Shown here: positions 59,872 to 64,000 of the stretch, one piece after another | Numbering within the stretch: position 1 is the first letter of the stretch | How the letters are laid out: each line of letters starts with the position of its first letter | From: Promethearchaeota archaeon | GTDB taxonomy: Archaea > Asgardarchaeota > Lokiarchaeia > Sigyniarchaeales > SOKP01 | DNA length: 64,000 nucleotides | NCBI GenBank assembly: GCA_030603385.1 | Contig: JAUVXW010000018.1 | Location: forward strand, 1 to 64,000 | Reading direction: 5' to 3' | Translations under genes and position numbers: made by a program | Notes under the pieces: model-generated | Databases searched by the model: none | Told to the model about the DNA's origin: nothing | What the model saw: the letters and a program-made list of their open reading frames with translations, nothing else

Positions 59872-61446
59872 ATGTCAGGCGTTCCAATAATTATACTTAA
59901 AGAGGGAACAGAAGAAGTTCGTGAGAGAAAGGCTCGAAAACAAAATATATCGGCGATGGTTGCTATTGCTGAGGCTGTGCGATCTACACTCGGCCCAAAG
60001 GGTATGTCAAAAATGCTGGTTGATTCTATGGGTGATGTAACTATTACTAATGATGGTGCCGAGATTTTGAAGAATCTTGACATTGAAAATATTGCTGCGA
60101 ATATGATGGTCAATGTAGCCAAGTCGATTGATGATGATATAGGGGATGGGACTACATCTGCTGTAATCTTTTCCGCCGCACTATTAGATAATGCTTTAGA
60201 TTTAATTGAACAAGATATTCATCCAAAACCTATTACTCATGGATATAAACTAGCAGCTGATAAATCACTTGCAATTATCAAAGATATTGCTGAGACAATT
60301 TCTGAAGATAGTGATGAAGTCCTTATGAATGCTGCAAAAACCGCTATGAATGCGAAAGATATCTCTCCATTAAAGGAATTTTTTGCAGGTTTGGCCTTAA
60401 AAGCAGTAAAACAAATAGCAGATGATGAAGGAAATACATTTGGTAAAGTAGCTAATGTAAAAATTGTAAAAGCTCCTGGAAAGTCTTTAAAAGACAGCAA
60501 GTTAATTAACGGGGTATATATCCAAAAAGAAAAAGTTAATACCATGATGCCTGAACTTATAAAGGATGCTAAGGTTGCAGTTTTGAGAAAAAAGCTCGAC
60601 GTGAAAAAAACCGAATTTGATGCTCAAGTTCGAATCACTAGCCCAACAGAGATTCAAAGGTTTCTTGACCAAGAGGAGAAAATTTTATTAGATTACATGA
60701 AGATTTTCAAAGACCAAGGAGTTAACATGATTGTCAACAGTAGTGATATTTCCGATAAATTTGGTGCTTTTTTAGCCAAAGAGGGAATAGCAGCTATTAA
60801 GAATGTTGGCGAAAGTGACTATAAATCAATCTTAAAAGCAGTTGGTGCAAAATTAGTTGATGATTTAACCTCCTTGTCAGAAAATGATTTAGGATTTGCT
60901 GAAAAAGTAGTATTTGAAAAACTTGGCGATGATAATTACACTTTATTTTCAGGATGTAAAAACCCAAAATCTGTTTCTATTTTACTTAAAGGAGGTCTCG
61001 ATAAGATTCTTAGCACTGCAGAAGTCTCTTTACATGATGTATTGTGTGTGATTAGTAAAATAATGGATACAAAGGCAGTCGTTGCTGGTGGTGGAGCAAT
61101 TTATATGGAACTCTCTAAAAGAATTAGAGCATATGCCAATGAAATTGGTGGAAAAGAACAACTTGCAGTTTCAGCTTTCGCTTTAGCACTTGAAGAAATC
61201 CCTAAAACCTTGATTAGAAATGCGGGTCTGGAAGAAATTGAAAAGCTTACCGAACTAAGAGCAGCACACAAAACAGATAGTGACAAATGGGTAGGAATTG
61301 ATACAATTACAAATACAATTGAAGATAACTTCAAAAAAGGAATCATTGAACCAGCAGAATTATTAAATCATATTATAAAATCTGGGAGTGAATTGGCAAA
61401 TCTTATCTTAAGAATTGACCGAATCATCAGTGCAAAAGGTACGTAA
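59872..61446 (+). CDS. ths: Thermosome (group II chaperonin) subunit, divergent
   Basis: STLGPKGM, TNDGA, GDGTTS, AGGGA, LILRID. Confidence 0.94.
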   Translation: MSGVPIIILKEGTEEVRERKARKQNISAMVAIAEAVRSTLGPKGMSKMLVDSMGDVTITNDGAEILKNLDIENIAANMMVNVAKSIDDDIGDGTTSAVIFSAALLDNALDLIEQDIHPKPITHGYKLAADKSLAIIKDIAETISEDSDEVLMNAAKTAMNAKDISPLKEFFAGLALKAVKQIADDEGNTFGKVANVKIVKAPGKSLKDSKLINGVYIQKEKVNTMMPELIKDAKVAVLRKKLDVKKTEFDAQVRITSPTEIQRFLDQEEKILLDYMKIFKDQGVNMIVNSSDISDKFGAFLAKEGIAAIKNVGESDYKSILKAVGAKLVDDLTSLSENDLGFAEKVVFEKLGDDNYTLFSGCKNPKSVSILLKGGLDKILSTAEVSLHDVLCVISKIMDTKAVVAGGGAIYMELSKRIRAYANEIGGKEQLAVSAFALALEEIPKTLIRNAGLEEIEKLTELRAAHKTDSDKWVGIDTITNTIEDNFKKGIIEPAELLNHIIKSGSELANLILRIDRIISAKGT

Positions 61447-61679
61447 GAAGGCCAAATGTAATATTAGACTGTTTTTCTTTTTTTTTCTTATTTTTCTTTA
61501 TTTGTTTTACATATAATCATGGTTTTGAAATTCTCAGTATAATTTTTATCTAAGATCGTCTTATTTTTCGCAAATTTTTATTTAAGACTTGAAAAAGTTA
61601 ATATAGTTACATAATTTTCCTATAACACATTATACACTAATAGATATCAATATACAAGAACAGCTATACTGTTATCATA

Positions 61680-63557
61680 ATGCAGATCATTGATCAAGAA
61701 AATTTTGACAAATTAAGAGCATTAAATAATGAAAATGTTATAAAGATTGTAAATGAATTTGTCGAATTGTGTAGACCTTCTAAGGTTACTGTAATAACAG
61801 ATTCAATAGAAGATATAGAATATTGCAGACAAACAGCAATTAAGATTGGCGAGGAAGCGAAACTAGAGATTGAGGGACATACAATCCATTATGATGGATT
61901 CTTCTCAATGTCAAATCACGACCAAGCAAGGGATAAGACAAATACAAAGGTATTAATTCCAAAAGGACAATACCATCCTCCTGCCATAAACACAGTTGAG
62001 AGAGAAGAAGGGCTTAAGGAAATTTTGGAAATTATGAAAGGATGTATGGAAGGTAATGAATGCCTAATCCGGTTTTTTTGCTTAGGCCCTAAAAATTCAA
62101 AGTTTTCAATCCTTGCCCTTCAGCTTACAGATTCTTTTTATGTAGCTCATTCAGAAGATCTCCTCTATAGAGCAGGTTATGAAGAATTTAAAAAATTGAA
62201 TGGATCTGATGAATTCTTCTATTTTATTCATTCATCTGGAGAATTAATTGGAGATCCTCCAGTAACAAAAAACCTTGATAAGAGAAGAATTTATGTGGAT
62301 CTACAAGAAGGGCGTGTATTATCTGTTAATAATCAATATGCTGGAAATAGTCTTGGATTAAAAAAATTAGCTTTAAGATTGGCAATATATAAATCCAATA
62401 ATGAGGATTGGTTAACAGAACATTATTTTATTCTGGGTGTACACCCTAAAGGAAAAAATAGAGTTTCATATTTCTGTGGAGCCTTTCCAAGTGCTTGTGG
62501 TAAGACCAGTACAGCCATGTTGCCTGGTCAGACGATAGTGGGTGATGATATTGCCTATCTTCGCGTATGGGATGATGGATATGCTCATGCTGTAAACATT
62601 GAGAGGGGAATTTTTGGTATTATCAAAGATGTTAATCCTAAAAATGACCCTGTTATTTTTGAAGCGTTAACAACTCCAAGAGAAACTATTTTTAGTAATG
62701 TATTGGTAACTGAAGGTTCGCCTTATTGGATTGGTGATGGAAGATCAATCCCAGCAAAAGGTATTAATTTTTCAGGAGAATGGTATGTAGGTAGAATTGA
62801 TGATGATGGAAAGGAAATCCCCCTTGCTCACCCTAATGCTCGATACACAATTCGGATTGAAGAATTAAGTAATGCTGATGAAAATTTGCACAATCCGGAT
62901 GGTGTTCCTATATCTGGAATATTTTATGGCGGACGGGACAGTGATACATTGCCACCTATCCTTGAAAGCCTAAGTTGGGAACATGGAGTTTTCTTAGGTG
63001 CTTCAATTGAATCAGAAACAACCTCTGCTACCTTAGGTGCTGAGGGTGTAAGACAAATAAACCCTATGTCTAACCATGATTTCTTAGTTATAAGTATGAG
63101 ACAGTACCTCAAAAATCATTTCGACTTTGGTAAAAGGCTAAAAAGTTGCCCAAAAGTATTTGCAACAAATTATTTTCTCAAAGATAAGGCTGGAAAGTAT
63201 TTAAATGGAATTTTAGATAAACTTTGCTGGGTAATTTGGGCAGAAGGTCGAGTACAAGATGATTTTAAGGGTATAAAAACACCAATTGGCTATATACCTA
63301 TATATACAGACTTAGAAATTTTATTTGAACAATATCTTGATATAGATTATAAAGAAGCAGATTATATTGAACAATTCTCTATTCGGACTAAAAAGCTTTT
63401 AGAAAAATTAGAGCGCATTGAATCCATGTATAAAAAAGAAGAAGATGTTCCACAATTTTTTTGGGATATGCTTAATGATCAGAGAAAAAGTTTGATCAAC
63501 CTAAAAAATGAGTATAATATGGAAGAAATTTCGCCTTTACTATTAAAAAAGTTATAA
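61680..63557 (+). CDS. pckG: Phosphoenolpyruvate carboxykinase (GTP)
   Basis: YAGNSLGLKK, AFPSACGKT, VGDDIA, HPNARY, GGRD. Confidence 0.96.
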   Translation: MQIIDQENFDKLRALNNENVIKIVNEFVELCRPSKVTVITDSIEDIEYCRQTAIKIGEEAKLEIEGHTIHYDGFFSMSNHDQARDKTNTKVLIPKGQYHPPAINTVEREEGLKEILEIMKGCMEGNECLIRFFCLGPKNSKFSILALQLTDSFYVAHSEDLLYRAGYEEFKKLNGSDEFFYFIHSSGELIGDPPVTKNLDKRRIYVDLQEGRVLSVNNQYAGNSLGLKKLALRLAIYKSNNEDWLTEHYFILGVHPKGKNRVSYFCGAFPSACGKTSTAMLPGQTIVGDDIAYLRVWDDGYAHAVNIERGIFGIIKDVNPKNDPVIFEALTTPRETIFSNVLVTEGSPYWIGDGRSIPAKGINFSGEWYVGRIDDDGKEIPLAHPNARYTIRIEELSNADENLHNPDGVPISGIFYGGRDSDTLPPILESLSWEHGVFLGASIESETTSATLGAEGVRQINPMSNHDFLVISMRQYLKNHFDFGKRLKSCPKVFATNYFLKDKAGKYLNGILDKLCWVIWAEGRVQDDFKGIKTPIGYIPIYTDLEILFEQYLDIDYKEADYIEQFSIRTKKLLEKLERIESMYKKEEDVPQFFWDMLNDQRKSLINLKNEYNMEEISPLLLKKL

Positions 63558-63572
63558 GCTACAATAATTCAA

Positions 63573-64000
63573 TTAGGCTAAATACTTTAATCCACTTCTT
63601 ACTTTATAGGTTTTTCTAACTCTATCCACCTCAATAAATCTCTTTATTTCAAGATTGTTTAGTAAATCCCTCATCTCAACACGGTCTTTCTTTAGTTCAT
63701 CTCCTAATCCTTGAATATCAGTTTCATGCGTTTTTAATATTTGTATAAGTGATGAATATTCTTCATAAATTACATTAACTAGATGCGTTATTGACTCTTT
63801 TATGTTCAATCCCGTTTTTGTACTTGTTGGAAAGATTTTACTTTTATCCGATAAATAATTTTGGGAATGAATTATTTCTGGAGGTCGAGCACCCTCTATA
63901 TCCTGCTTATTAGCTAGAAAAACAACAGGGGTGTTAGAAGGTAATAATTTTCTTATAGAATTTAATATTACAATTGCACTGTCATCCTTTTCAGGAGCTG
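63573..64000 (-). CDS. Small GTPase (Arf/MglA-like) with C-terminal wHTH-like domain; N-terminus lies beyond the window
   Basis: Frame open to the window edge: PVVFLANKQD (G4), PTSTKTGLNI (G5), then EMRDLLNNLEIKRFIEVDRVRKTYKV. Confidence 0.85.
   Translation of the reverse strand, partial: APEKDDSAIVILNSIRKLLPSNTPVVFLANKQDIEGARPPEIIHSQNYLSDKSKIFPTSTKTGLNIKESITHLVNVIYEEYSSLIQILKTHETDIQGLGDELKKDRVEMRDLLNNLEIKRFIEVDRVRKTYKVRSGLKYLA

Noticed and set aside
3169-63112. Numerous short antisense or overlapping ORFs in the track (e.g. 3169-3717, 7965-8336, 13524-13868, 19368-19745, 20855-21391, 38831-39028, 60237-60545)
   Set aside because: Shadow frames of well-supported genes or of a pseudogene, with no motifs.
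1-64000. tRNA, rRNA, CRISPR arrays, IS elements or integrases
   Set aside because: No GC-rich structured RNA stretch, spaced repeat array or transposase/integrase motif recognised by eye; a covariance-model scan would be needed to exclude small ncRNAs.

Overview
Gene-dense, strongly AT-rich archaeal chromosomal segment, most consistent with an Asgard archaeon of the Lokiarchaeia type. The evidence is archaeal Rpo3-L18e-L13-S9, EF-1beta, thermosome, RIO2 and Lsm genes alongside several eukaryote-like small GTPases, a gelsolin-like domain and multi-PAS histidine kinases. It encodes Hdr subunits, IOR and POR 2-oxoacid:ferredoxin oxidoreductases, TyrRS/TrpRS, bacterial-type MutS/MutL, two tandem inositol-1-phosphate synthases, AroA/AroC, GlyA, PEPCK, an orphan DNA methyltransferase and an inserted ~1,800-aa secreted protein. 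The standout observation is a 31-nt insertion (6068-6098) that breaks iorB with a stop codon and a frameshift. It folds into a bulge-helix-bulge (BHB) motif whose two canonical cut sites excise exactly those 31 nt and restore the conserved SE-x-HG(L/M)AQR motif, making it a candidate tRNA-endonuclease-spliced mRNA intron in a metabolic gene. Other oddities are a split or frameshifted MutS tail, a gelsolin-membrane fusion, a degenerate Ino1 paralog, a pseudo-GTPase, a circularly permuted ATP-grasp protein and several gene remnants. No rRNA, tRNA, CRISPR array or transposase was recognised. All assignments are by manual motif reading, not database searches.
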